DNA from: Salibacteraceae bacterium
Lineage (GTDB): Bacteria > Bacteroidota > Bacteroidia > Flavobacteriales_G > Salibacteraceae
DNA length: 64,000 bases
Direction of reading: 5' to 3'
NCBI GenBank assembly: GCA_018401875.1
Contig: JAGYJZ010000008.1
Coordinates: 67,090 to 131,089 of the forward strand
Part shown: one piece after another, positions 48,438-57,647 of the stretch
Layout: each line of letters starts with the position of its first letter
Position numbering within the stretch: the stretch's first letter is position 1
Notes under the pieces: model-generated
Databases searched by the model: none
What the model was told of the DNA's origin: nothing
What the model saw: only the letters and a program-made list of their open reading frames with translations
Program-made: the position numbers and the translations under genes

Positions 48438-50738
48438 TTATTCCGCTGGAAAAGCCGCAGCTTCTTCAGCATTTATGGAAGAAACAACTTCAGCTTCCTC
48501 AATGTTCATTTTATTTACTTGCTTTTCTTCCACAGTAACGATTTTGTCAAGCGCGATAGAAGGCGCAATAACCAATGCTACTACAGACATCAACTTCAGC
48601 AAAATGTTGAGCGATGGACCTGAAGTATCTTTAAAAGGATCTCCAACCGTGTCGCCAACTACTGTTGCTTTGTGAGGTTCTGATCCTTTGTAATACATCT
48701 GCCCGTTTATTTCAACCCCTTCTTCAAACATCTTCTTGGCATTGTCCCATGCACCACCAGCGTTTGATTGGAAAATTGCCATCAATACACCTGCTGATGT
48801 AACTCCGGCTAATAATCCTCCAAGCATTTCTGGACCTCCAATAAAACCAACAGCTACTGGAACAGCTACTGCCAATAAACCTGGAAGCACCATTTCTTTA
48901 ATGGAAGCTTTAGTAGATATCTCAACGCACTTATCGTATTCTGCAACTCCATCAGCAGCGTCAAATGTTGCTTTGTCTTCAGCGCTCCAATCGGCTTGCT
49001 CTTTTCCTTCGTTGCGCTTCATCACCTCAAGGGCAGCTTTCAGTGCAGGAATTTCCTTGAACTGACGCCTCACCTCTTCGATCATGGCCATTGCAGCGCG
49101 ACCAACAGCATTCATACTCAAGGCAGAAAACACGAATGGAAGCATCGCACCAACAAGAAGCCCAGCCATCACTGATGGAATAGCCACGTCAATTGAACCC
49201 ACGTTTGCTTGCTGCATAAAAGCTGCAAACAAAGCCAACGCAGTAAGCGCGGCAGAGCCAATTGCAAATCCTTTTCCGATAGCCGCTGTAGTGTTTCCTA
49301 CGGCATCCAATTTGTCTGTTCGTTTTCTTACTTCTTTTGGAAGGTCAGCCATTTCGGCAATACCACCAGCGTTGTCAGAGATCGGTCCGTAAGCATCAAC
49401 CGCCAGCTGAATACCTGTGTTGGCAAGCATACCTACTGCAGCAATTGCAATTCCGTACAATCCAGCGAAGTAATGTGCTACAAGAATGGCTGCCGCAATT
49501 AGAATAACTGGAATGGCCGTACTCATCATACCTACTCCTAAACCAGCAATAATGTTGGTGGCAGAACCTGTCAATGACTGACGCACAATTGAAAGCACAG
49601 GAGGAGTTCCAGTTCCTGTATAATACTCTGTAATTTTTCCAATTCCCAATCCGGCAATAAGACCCGCCAATGTTGCGAAGAACACTCCGTTTGCCGTGTA
49701 TAAGGTTTCAACGCCCGCAAGGTTTGTAAAACTCCATGATTCTGGCAAGAAGTAAGTGATAATGAAATAAGACAACACTACCATCACCCCTGCAGAACCA
49801 AATTCACCAATGTTTAATGCTGTATGTGGATTTCCTCCGTCTTTTACTTTTACGAAGAAGGTTCCTAAAATTGAAACCAAAATACCAACTGCAGCTAGAG
49901 CCAAAGGAAGCATTACAGCCCCTAAGCCCATCCACGTTGGATCAATAGGTCTAAATATCGGGACGAAAACCGCTCCAAGAACCATTGTACCAATGATAGA
50001 ACCAACGTACGACTCAAAAAGGTCAGCTCCCATTCCGGCCACATCGCCCACGTTGTCGCCAACGTTATCAGCAATGGTAGCAGGATTTAAAGGATGGTCC
50101 TCAGGAATTCCAGCTTCTACTTTTCCTACAAGGTCAGCGCCTACGTCAGCAGCTTTGGTATAAATACCACCACCCACTCTCGCAAAAAGAGCGATTGACG
50201 ATGCACCTAATGAAAAACCAGCCAGTACATTCAATACGGTAGTAACGCCATTTTCATCTTCAATTCCGAACAGGTTGATGTAAACGATTAAGAGGATACT
50301 CAATCCGAGTACACCCAAACCAACAACGCCCATTCCCATTACTGAACCACCACCAAAGGCCACTTCGAGGGCTTTACCTAACGAAGTTCGAGCAGCTTGA
50401 GTCGTTCTCACGTTCGCTTTTGTAGCTACGCGCATACCCAGATATCCTGCCAATGCAGAACACACCGCACCAACCACAAATGATAAGGCAACCAAATAAC
50501 TTGAGTTTGCTTCGTTTGCACCTTTAAATGCCAATAAAGCGGCAACCGCCACAACAAAGATTGAAAGCACTTTGTATTCTGCTTTTAAGAAAGCCATTGC
50601 TCCAACAGAGATATTCTTGGCGATTCTCGCCATTTTCTCATTTCCTTCTTCTTGCTTAGATACCCAAGCACTTTTCCAAGCCACAAAGAGCAGGGCTACT
50701 ACTCCGAACGCTGGCAATGCATAAATTAAACTAGTCAT
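48438..50738 (-). CDS. hppA: Membrane-bound Na+/H+-translocating pyrophosphatase
   Basis: [58 protein letters not shown]. Confidence 0.95.
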   Translation of the reverse strand: MTSLIYALPAFGVVALLFVAWKSAWVSKQEEGNEKMARIAKNISVGAMAFLKAEYKVLSIFVVAVAALLAFKGANEANSSYLVALSFVVGAVCSALAGYLGMRVATKANVRTTQAARTSLGKALEVAFGGGSVMGMGVVGLGVLGLSILLIVYINLFGIEDENGVTTVLNVLAGFSLGASSIALFARVGGGIYTKAADVGADLVGKVEAGIPEDHPLNPATIADNVGDNVGDVAGMGADLFESYVGSIIGTMVLGAVFVPIFRPIDPTWMGLGAVMLPLALAAVGILVSILGTFFVKVKDGGNPHTALNIGEFGSAGVMVVLSYFIITYFLPESWSFTNLAGVETLYTANGVFFATLAGLIAGLGIGKITEYYTGTGTPPVLSIVRQSLTGSATNIIAGLGVGMMSTAIPVILIAAAILVAHYFAGLYGIAIAAVGMLANTGIQLAVDAYGPISDNAGGIAEMADLPKEVRKRTDKLDAVGNTTAAIGKGFAIGSAALTALALFAAFMQQANVGSIDVAIPSVMAGLLVGAMLPFVFSALSMNAVGRAAMAMIEEVRRQFKEIPALKAALEVMKRNEGKEQADWSAEDKATFDAADGVAEYDKCVEISTKASIKEMVLPGLLAVAVPVAVGFIGGPEMLGGLLAGVTSAGVLMAIFQSNAGGAWDNAKKMFEEGVEINGQMYYKGSEPHKATVVGDTVGDPFKDTSGPSLNILLKLMSVVALVIAPSIALDKIVTVEEKQVNKMNIEEAEVVSSINAEEAAAFPAE

Positions 50739-50884
50739 TTATTATTGGTTTTGAATGTATTAATAAGGTGTAAACCCCTTATTTTTTAAGCGCGCAAAGA
50801 TAATAGCATGATTATATTATCAATAACAAAGTTTAATTTATGAGCAGAGATTAGAATTTTCTTGGCTGTAGAAGGCCATTACCG

Positions 50885-51628
50885 CTAAAACATGAACCCA
50901 CCTTGGATGTAAGTACCAACGTTTAACACCTTTGAATTAGAAGTGACCTCACCAACACCGAAACCACTCGTTTCGCGCAGATTATATCGAAACATGGAAA
51001 AACCCATCTCTAAGGTAAGGGCCGCACCAAAGCCCGTATTAAAAAAAATACCCGCACCGAGAGATGATTGAAAAACAGGCGATACTTCTTCTACAAATGA
51101 AGGTCCGTTTTGCGCCAAGGGGTTAGCACCGGCTGACATGCCTGCCTGCGCATCAACATAACCACGGATGTTTTTATTGTGAGGTCGATAGTAGCGCACG
51201 TGGGCATTGTATTTAACCATGCCCAGTTCGAGAAAGTCTAACGACACCCCAAGGCCAGCAGACCAAACCTCATTTATCTTGAGCCACTCAGTAAAGGCCA
51301 TTGAAAAATTGAACGGTGTAAAGGTGTAAATGCCAAAAACCAGTTCCGTGGAAAACCGCTTATCGAATTCTTTAAATACAAATGTTTCGGGATTCGTTTT
51401 TAGCCTTAGCGCCTTTGGTTGAGCAAATACATACCTCACCTTCGACCGATCTAAACTAAAAATCTGTTCGTCATATTTGATCAGCACATGCGATGACCCA
51501 ACAGCGATTAACTCGCCTCGATATACTTCGCCCGAAGTCATATACACCGATGTTTCACCTTTTTGAGCAAAGCAATGCGAAAACACAAAAGCGTTGAACA
51601 CTGCGATAATGAAAAGCGATCGAACCAT
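50885..51628 (-). CDS. Hypothetical outer membrane beta-barrel protein
   Basis: Signal peptide ending FAQ; small N-terminal domain; beta-strands ending in Phe. Confidence 0.65.
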   Translation of the reverse strand: MVRSLFIIAVFNAFVFSHCFAQKGETSVYMTSGEVYRGELIAVGSSHVLIKYDEQIFSLDRSKVRYVFAQPKALRLKTNPETFVFKEFDKRFSTELVFGIYTFTPFNFSMAFTEWLKINEVWSAGLGVSLDFLELGMVKYNAHVRYYRPHNKNIRGYVDAQAGMSAGANPLAQNGPSFVEEVSPVFQSSLGAGIFFNTGFGAALTLEMGFSMFRYNLRETSGFGVGEVTSNSKVLNVGTYIQGGFMF

Positions 51629-51775
51629 CCGAAAAATTTTCTCTTTGAAAGACGAAATAAAGGTATTGCAGGAACGTTAAAATAAAAATTGAAAATTCAC
51701 TTTCCAATTTAACATCTTACTCGTCTGATATTTAAATAATTATTTCCACTTTTGATACCATTAAAACTTTAAACC

Positions 51776-53128
51776 ATGAAAACCACTTTGCGCCTTGCTG
51801 CTTTAATTCTATTTGCTGGTTTTATTTCCTCGTGCCAGAAGATCTCAAAAACCACAGAATTTACGGCTAACGTTCCTGTTTATATGTCGTACGAAGAGTT
51901 ACGATCTTCCATTAAAAACGACAACGCTAAACCACTGGAGAAGCCGGGAAAAATATTCCTTTATAATTCACTCATTCTAATCAACGATTTTGAATCTGGA
52001 ATCCATGTCTACGATAATGGAAACCCTAGTTCTCCTTCTCATATTGCTTTCATCAGCATTCCGGGTAACGTTGATATCGCTGTTAAAGACAATATTCTTT
52101 ATGCCGACAGTTATACGGACATAGTCGCGATTGACATCAGCAACCCAACCAACGTGCGCGAAGTAGGAAGAACGAAAGACGCACTTTCCTACACCATTCC
52201 TAGTGGCTTAGATTGGAATTATCCTGTGGCTCAGATTGACCAATCAAAGGGTGTTGTAATCGGCTATACCATCGGAGAGGTGGAAGAATCGTGTAAAAAT
52301 GATGACTGTAAAACATTCTACAGCATGAACCATGAATGGAACGGATCATGGGGAGGTCAAATGATGAGCGATGAAGGTTCACCTGTATCGTTCAGCGGCA
52401 CAACGAATAGCGTAAGAAGCTCAGCATCAAGCAACAACTCAGCCATTGCTGGCTCAATGGCTCGTTTCATGATGATCGAAAATTTCTTGTACGTGATCAC
52501 CGATCAAAACACAGTGGAAGTATTCGACATTAGAACCAATAACATGCAAGCAATCACATCGTTTCAGCCTTGGTCAGATGCCAGCGGCTGGGGAATGATC
52601 GAAACATTATACACCTTTAAAGAGCACTTATTTATTGGCTCGAATGCAGGTATGTTAGCCTACGATATTTCATCACCATCATCACCTGTGTATCTTTCTA
52701 GCTATTCGCACATGACTTCATGCGACCCTGTAGTAGCCAATGATGAGTACGCATTTATTACGCTTCGCGCCTCTGGAAACAATTGCAACTGGGGCAACAC
52801 TGATCAGCTTGATATTTTAGACATAACAGACATCATGAATCCTGAGCAAATTGTAACCTTCAACATGAGCAATCCGCACGGATTAGACATTGATTCGGAG
52901 AATAAAATCTTATTTGTGTGTGATGGATTTGACGGCCTCAAGGTGTATGACTTTAGCGACATCAATAACGTTGCATCGAACGGACTCGATCACATTACTG
53001 GAATTGAAACGTATGATGTAATCGTAAATAATGGAATTGCCCACGTAATTGGAACTGATGGATTGAAACAATTCACCTATGACGACAACGGTAAGTTGTT
53101 AGAAATCAGTACAATTTCACTGAATTAA
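51776..53128 (+). CDS. LVIVD-repeat lipoprotein
   Basis: Lipobox ISSC; PGNVDIAVKDNILYADSY, GSMARF, SCDPVVA, YDISSPSSP repeats. Confidence 0.82.
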   Translation: MKTTLRLAALILFAGFISSCQKISKTTEFTANVPVYMSYEELRSSIKNDNAKPLEKPGKIFLYNSLILINDFESGIHVYDNGNPSSPSHIAFISIPGNVDIAVKDNILYADSYTDIVAIDISNPTNVREVGRTKDALSYTIPSGLDWNYPVAQIDQSKGVVIGYTIGEVEESCKNDDCKTFYSMNHEWNGSWGGQMMSDEGSPVSFSGTTNSVRSSASSNNSAIAGSMARFMMIENFLYVITDQNTVEVFDIRTNNMQAITSFQPWSDASGWGMIETLYTFKEHLFIGSNAGMLAYDISSPSSPVYLSSYSHMTSCDPVVANDEYAFITLRASGNNCNWGNTDQLDILDITDIMNPEQIVTFNMSNPHGLDIDSENKILFVCDGFDGLKVYDFSDINNVASNGLDHITGIETYDVIVNNGIAHVIGTDGLKQFTYDDNGKLLEISTISLN

Positions 53129-53180
53129 CGTTTGTTAGCAATGCAGATGTATTAAAAAGACAATTTAAACGTCCTATAGA

Positions 53181-53241
53181 TACATAGGTTAGTAGGTTTA
53201 GTTTAAAAGCCCTTTGCAATTACCCCGCAAAGGGCTTTTTT
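53181..53241 (+). ncRNA. Candidate sRNA, sibling 1
   Basis: 23-nt segment TACATAGGTTAGTAGGTTTAGTT followed by hairpin AAAAGCCCTTTGC/GCAAAGGGCTTTT and T-run. Confidence 0.55.
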
Positions 53242-53299
53242 CTTGTGCTTGAATTAAACGGAAAACGCCCTAAAAAATTAACTTCCTTTCACATAACTA

Positions 53300-53314
53300 T
53301 GGCACGGATGTTGC
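53300..53314 (+). promoter_or_regulatory. Sigma-54 (RpoN) -24/-12 promoter TGGCAC-GGATG-TTGC
   Basis: Exact TGGCAC-N5-TTGC; places +1 at 53326. Confidence 0.75.
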
Positions 53315-53325
53315 CGTTATCCATG

Positions 53326-53392
53326 TACATAGGTTAGTAGGTTTAGTTAAAAGGCCCCGTACAAGATATCAAGAGTACGGGGTCTTTTTTTT
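53326..53392 (+). ncRNA. Candidate sRNA, sibling 2 (sigma-54 dependent)
   Basis: Same 23-nt segment starting at predicted +1; hairpin AAAAGGCCCCGTAC/GTACGGGGTCTTTT and T-run. Confidence 0.65.
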
Positions 53393-53401
53393 GTATTATG
53401 C

Positions 53402-54382
53402 TTAAACCAAGTAAAGTGATTCCTTCACTAATCGAACAACTCCACCAACAGTTGGAATCGCGATCTCAATCAAATTAGGAGTAAAAGGAAATGGAGTGTC
53501 TGTTTGCGTAGCGCGAAGAACAGGAGCATCGAGGTAATCGAATGCGTCTCTTTGAATGCGGTAAGCCACCTCACTTGAAACGCTGGCATAGGGCCAACTT
53601 TCGTCCACAACAACGCAACGATTGGTTTTCTTTACTGATTCGATCACCGTTTGAACGTCAAAAGGCCTGATCGTTCGCAAGTCGATCACTTCGCACTGAA
53701 TGCCGTCTTTTGCTAACTCGTCTGCTGCTTCTAATACCACCTTCATGATTTTTCCGAAAGAAACAATCGTCACAGCATCGCCTTTTCTCTTGATGTCAGC
53801 CTTACCAATCGGAATGAGGTATTCACCTTCTGGCACTTCGCCTTTATCACCGAACATTTTTTCTGACTCAAGAAAAACTACGGGGTCGTTATCGCGAATG
53901 GCCGACTTGAGCAATCCTTTCGCATCGTATGGATTTGAAGGAGTAATCACCTTCAATCCGGGTACGTGGGCATAAAAAGCCTCGAAGCTTTGCGAATGTG
54001 TGGCAGCTAACTGGCCAGCCTGTCCGTTTCCACCTCTAAACACGATAGGCACATTATATTGACCACCCGACATTTGAAGCATTTTAGCTGCACTGTTGAT
54101 GATCTGGTCAGCTGCTAAAATGGCAAAATTCCATGTCATAAATTCAATAATCGGACGTAAACCGTTCATTGCAGCACCTACACCAATCCCCGTAAAACCC
54201 AATTCAGCAATCGGAGTATCAATCACTCGCTCAGGTCCGAACTCATCGAGCATGCCTTGGCTCACTTTGTAGGCTCCGTTATATTCAGCCACCTCTTCTC
54301 CCATCAAAAAGACCGTCTTGTCTCTTCTCATCTCTTCATTCATGGCCTCCCGAAGTGCTTCTCTAAATTGTATCGTGCGCAT
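53402..54382 (-). CDS. pdhB: Pyruvate dehydrogenase E1 beta subunit
   Basis: GEEVAEYNGAYKVS, DTPIAE, ATHSQ, EVIDLRTIRP. Confidence 0.95.
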   Translation of the reverse strand: MRTIQFREALREAMNEEMRRDKTVFLMGEEVAEYNGAYKVSQGMLDEFGPERVIDTPIAELGFTGIGVGAAMNGLRPIIEFMTWNFAILAADQIINSAAKMLQMSGGQYNVPIVFRGGNGQAGQLAATHSQSFEAFYAHVPGLKVITPSNPYDAKGLLKSAIRDNDPVVFLESEKMFGDKGEVPEGEYLIPIGKADIKRKGDAVTIVSFGKIMKVVLEAADELAKDGIQCEVIDLRTIRPFDVQTVIESVKKTNRCVVVDESWPYASVSSEVAYRIQRDAFDYLDAPVLRATQTDTPFPFTPNLIEIAIPTVGGVVRLVKESLYLV

Positions 54383-54490
54383 ATTTTCTTTTTCTAAGTC
54401 GGCAAAAATAAGCCCTGAAGTTTATTCTCCACACTTATTGTTTTATTCGTCTTACAGTTTAAAGAAAAAAAGAGATTTTTGAGTGTAATT

Positions 54491-55183
54491 ATGAAACGCG
54501 TTTACCGATCAATTTACCGCTTACTGTTTGTCTTGGCGCTGGCTTGTCAGGGCTGCCACCCAATTTACAGGGCCAGTTTACCGAATCAGCCGATCATGGA
54601 AAAACGTGGCGATATAGAATTGAGCAGTGGTATTGAAACGGGCAGTGCATTTGTAGAAGGCTCCTATGCTTTTACTGATTTTGCCTACGTAACGGTGGGT
54701 GGTTTTAGCTGGAGCTCCATGAATAGCAGTGCATCTTTCGCGGAAGGCGGACTCGGATTTTACCAAACAAAAGAAAAAACGGGTTTTAGCTTTTCCATCT
54801 TGGGAGGATACGGAGAGTCAGCCGTATTTGATGGCCAATGGCGTGTCACTCAGCCAATATTTCAAGACGGAGGGTTTATCTCAACCCGCTACTCAAGGCT
54901 AAGCATTCAACCAGCCTACTATGTTCATCGCGAATATTTTGACTTTGCCATGATTTTTAGAAACAGCCTTGTAAACTGGATTTCAACTGACTTTCCAGGT
55001 TTAGAATCTCCTGGTTTTGACATTTACCTCGAGCCCACGCTATCGTTTCGAGCGGGACCTCCGAATACAAAGTTTTTTTTTGACACCGGGCTGCAAGTTC
55101 CTGCATTCAGAAGCTTCAATCATTTCAACAACCCGTTGCACGTAGGTGTGGGAGTTGACGTAATTATTCAAACAAGAAAATAA
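54491..55183 (+). CDS. Hypothetical lipoprotein / beta-barrel
   Basis: Signal peptide ending QGC; beta-strand pattern, YLEPTLSFRAG. Confidence 0.65.
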   Translation: MKRVYRSIYRLLFVLALACQGCHPIYRASLPNQPIMEKRGDIELSSGIETGSAFVEGSYAFTDFAYVTVGGFSWSSMNSSASFAEGGLGFYQTKEKTGFSFSILGGYGESAVFDGQWRVTQPIFQDGGFISTRYSRLSIQPAYYVHREYFDFAMIFRNSLVNWISTDFPGLESPGFDIYLEPTLSFRAGPPNTKFFFDTGLQVPAFRSFNHFNNPLHVGVGVDVIIQTRK

Positions 55184-55239
55184 ATATCTGCAGAGAGAGA
55201 ATGAACATAAAGCGGCATTCTTTTTTATATTCTAAAGCC

Positions 55240-55247
55240 TACTTTTG
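55240..55247 (+). promoter_or_regulatory. -7 element TACTTTTG of the etfBA operon
   Basis: TAnnTTTG match 31 nt before ATG. Confidence 0.6.
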
Positions 55248-55278
55248 CGGCTCACAGATCAACAGAAAATAGATTGTT

Positions 55279-56019
55279 ATGAATATATTGGTTTGCATCA
55301 GCAAAGCTCCAGACACCACTAGCAAGATTACCTTTAAAGACAACGACACTAAATTCAATGAAGACGGTGTTCAGTTTATTGTTAACCCTTATGACGAATG
55401 GTATGCATTGGTTAGGGCGCTTGAACTAAAGGAAGCACAAGGCGGAAATGTTACGATTATAAGTGTGGGCGGAGCTGATTATGAGCCGATCATGCGTAAA
55501 GCATTAGCCATCGGAGCAGACGAAGCAGTGCGCGTAGATTCACCCGCTATAGATGCCTACCAAGTAGCAGCCGAAATCGCCAACTACGCAACGAGCAATG
55601 CCTTCGACCTGGTGCTCACAGGAAAAGAAACGATCAACTACAATGGATCACAAGTGGGAGGCATGATTGCCGCGATCATGGATGTGCCATACACATCAAA
55701 TGCTACAAAACTCGAGGTAAGCGGAAATGCCGCAACAATTGAGCGAGATAAGCAAGGCGGAGTTGAAGTGCTTGAAGTGAATCTCCCTGCGGTGATTTCA
55801 GCTGCCAAAGGCATGGCAGAGCAGCGCATTCCAAACATGAGAGGAATCATGGCAGCCCGTTCGAAACCGCTGAGCGTGATTTCAGCAACAGTTACTGATT
55901 CACTGACAGAAACCATTCGTTTCAGCCTACCGCCAGCCAAGGGCGATGTAACACTCATTGACCCTGAAAACATTACAGAATTGATCAACCTGCTTCATAG
56001 CGAAGCCAAAGTTATTTAA
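55279..56019 (+). CDS. etfB: Electron transfer flavoprotein beta subunit
   Basis: MNILVCIS..PDTT, NPYDE, ALAIGAD, RIPNMRGIM. Confidence 0.95.
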   Translation: MNILVCISKAPDTTSKITFKDNDTKFNEDGVQFIVNPYDEWYALVRALELKEAQGGNVTIISVGGADYEPIMRKALAIGADEAVRVDSPAIDAYQVAAEIANYATSNAFDLVLTGKETINYNGSQVGGMIAAIMDVPYTSNATKLEVSGNAATIERDKQGGVEVLEVNLPAVISAAKGMAEQRIPNMRGIMAARSKPLSVISATVTDSLTETIRFSLPPAKGDVTLIDPENITELINLLHSEAKVI

Positions 56020-56021
56020 GA

Positions 56022-57002
56022 ATGAACGTATTAGTATTTGCAGAGAGTGATAATGGAAAAGTTGCCAAAGCTGCGTTTGAAGCGGCAACTTACGGAGCCA
56101 AAGTTGCATCAACAACGGGCGGAACAGCCGCTGTTGTTACATATGGAAATTTAGATCAAGCGGGCTTAAATGAGCTTGCCTCTTACGGGATAAGCAAAAT
56201 TCTGCATTGTGCAGCAATTACCGATCTTGATCCAAGTCAGTTGACAAAGCTCACCATCGCAGCCGCTGAAGAAACAAGTGCAGAATTGATCGTCTTCTCA
56301 CATGATTATACGGGTAAAAGCATCGCCCCACTTGTATCGGCAAAAATGAAGGCGGGCATGGTAGCTGGTGCCATTGATTACCCAGAGACTGGTGGCGACT
56401 TTATCGTGAAAACGAACGTGTTTTCAGGAAAGGCATTCGCTCAAGTAAAAATCAAGACAGACAAAAAAATCATTACGCTAATTCCAAATGCGATTCCAAA
56501 TGCGATTTCAAAAGTGAAAGCAGAAGGTGCAGCGGATGTTAGTGCTTTCTCACCAGAACTTGGCGCCCAAAGTGTGAAGGTGAAAGACTTTAAATCGGAA
56601 GGTGGAGAGGGAATCAACTTAACGGAAGCAGAACTCGTTGTTTCTGCAGGCCGCGGATTAAAAGGTCCTGAAAACTGGACGATGATCGAAGAATTGGCGA
56701 AAGAACTAGGTGCTGCCACCGCTTGTTCGCGGCCCGTTTCGGATATCGGATGGAGGCCTCACCACGAGCATGTTGGCCAAACAGGAATAGCTATACGGCC
56801 GAATTTATACATCGCCATTGGCATTTCTGGAGCCATTCAGCACTTGGCTGGAGTGAACGGAAGCAAGGTAATTGTGGTCATCAACACCGACAAAGAAGCG
56901 CCATTTTTCAAAGCTGCTGATTATGGTGTTGTTGGAGACGCATTTGTTGTCGTTCCGAAAATGATCGAAGCCGTAAAGGCGTTTAAAGCAGGACAAGCCT
57001 AA
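56022..57002 (+). CDS. etfA: Electron transfer flavoprotein alpha subunit
   Basis: VVSAGRG, VGQTG, GISGAIQHLAG, APFFKAADYG. Confidence 0.95.
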   Translation: MNVLVFAESDNGKVAKAAFEAATYGAKVASTTGGTAAVVTYGNLDQAGLNELASYGISKILHCAAITDLDPSQLTKLTIAAAEETSAELIVFSHDYTGKSIAPLVSAKMKAGMVAGAIDYPETGGDFIVKTNVFSGKAFAQVKIKTDKKIITLIPNAIPNAISKVKAEGAADVSAFSPELGAQSVKVKDFKSEGGEGINLTEAELVVSAGRGLKGPENWTMIEELAKELGAATACSRPVSDIGWRPHHEHVGQTGIAIRPNLYIAIGISGAIQHLAGVNGSKVIVVINTDKEAPFFKAADYGVVGDAFVVVPKMIEAVKAFKAGQA

Positions 57003-57018
57003 GCCCAAAATCTGGCTG

Positions 57019-57615
57019 ATGGAGAAGTCTAAAATCAAATTAGAAATACTCGGCTTATCGTATAGCCAAACTCAAACGGGTGCGTATGCGCTGGTGTTGG
57101 GCGAGTCTGTTGGCAAACGAAGGCTGCCCATCATTATTGGAAATTTCGAAGCGCAAGCGATCGCCATTGAACTCGAGCATATGAAACCGAGCAGGCCGCT
57201 TACGCATGATATTTTTAAAACGTTTGCTGACACCTTCGAAATTCAAGTCAGTGAAGTCATTGTGTACAACCTGTTAGAGGGAATTTTCTTTGCGAAATTG
57301 ATTTGTCAAAAAGCAGGTGAAGAACCCATCGAAATTGACACGCGCACGAGCGATGCCATCGCGCTAGCGGTGCGCTTTAAATGCCCGATTTACACCTATG
57401 AGTTTATACTTGCCTCAGCGGGCATCATCCTCGATGACGATGAAATAGAAAGCTTAGGAGATGAAGCTTCAAAAATTGATGATTTTTCAGAAAGCAATTC
57501 GGCATATAGCAACATGAGCATGGAAGAGTTAGAAACAGAGCTCAATCAAGCCATTGCCAGTGAAGATTACGAAAAAGCTTCAGAGCTGCACGATGAAATC
57601 AAAAGAAGAAAGTAG
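57019..57615 (+). CDS. Bifunctional nuclease (DUF151) with C-terminal UVR domain
   Basis: RRLPIIIG.FEAQAI, RPLTHD, SDAIALA, EDYEKASELHDEI. Confidence 0.9.
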   Translation: MEKSKIKLEILGLSYSQTQTGAYALVLGESVGKRRLPIIIGNFEAQAIAIELEHMKPSRPLTHDIFKTFADTFEIQVSEVIVYNLLEGIFFAKLICQKAGEEPIEIDTRTSDAIALAVRFKCPIYTYEFILASAGIILDDDEIESLGDEASKIDDFSESNSAYSNMSMEELETELNQAIASEDYEKASELHDEIKRRK

Positions 57616-57647
57616 ATTTTATATCTTGCCATCTTTAAACTCAACCA

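Noticed and set aside
48736..50163. Several 97-117 aa + strand ORFs
   Set aside because: Antisense shadows of hppA; the same applies to short ORFs opposite fadN, msbA, purB, yidC and clpX
53174..53330. Minus-strand peptides starting at the AACCTATG in each repeat
   Set aside because: Frames are MYL* and a 13-codon ORF with no shared sequence beyond MY
53181..53348. Mini CRISPR array from the 23-nt direct repeat
   Set aside because: Only two copies, 122 nt apart; the repeat is not palindromic; each is followed by a terminator; no cas genes
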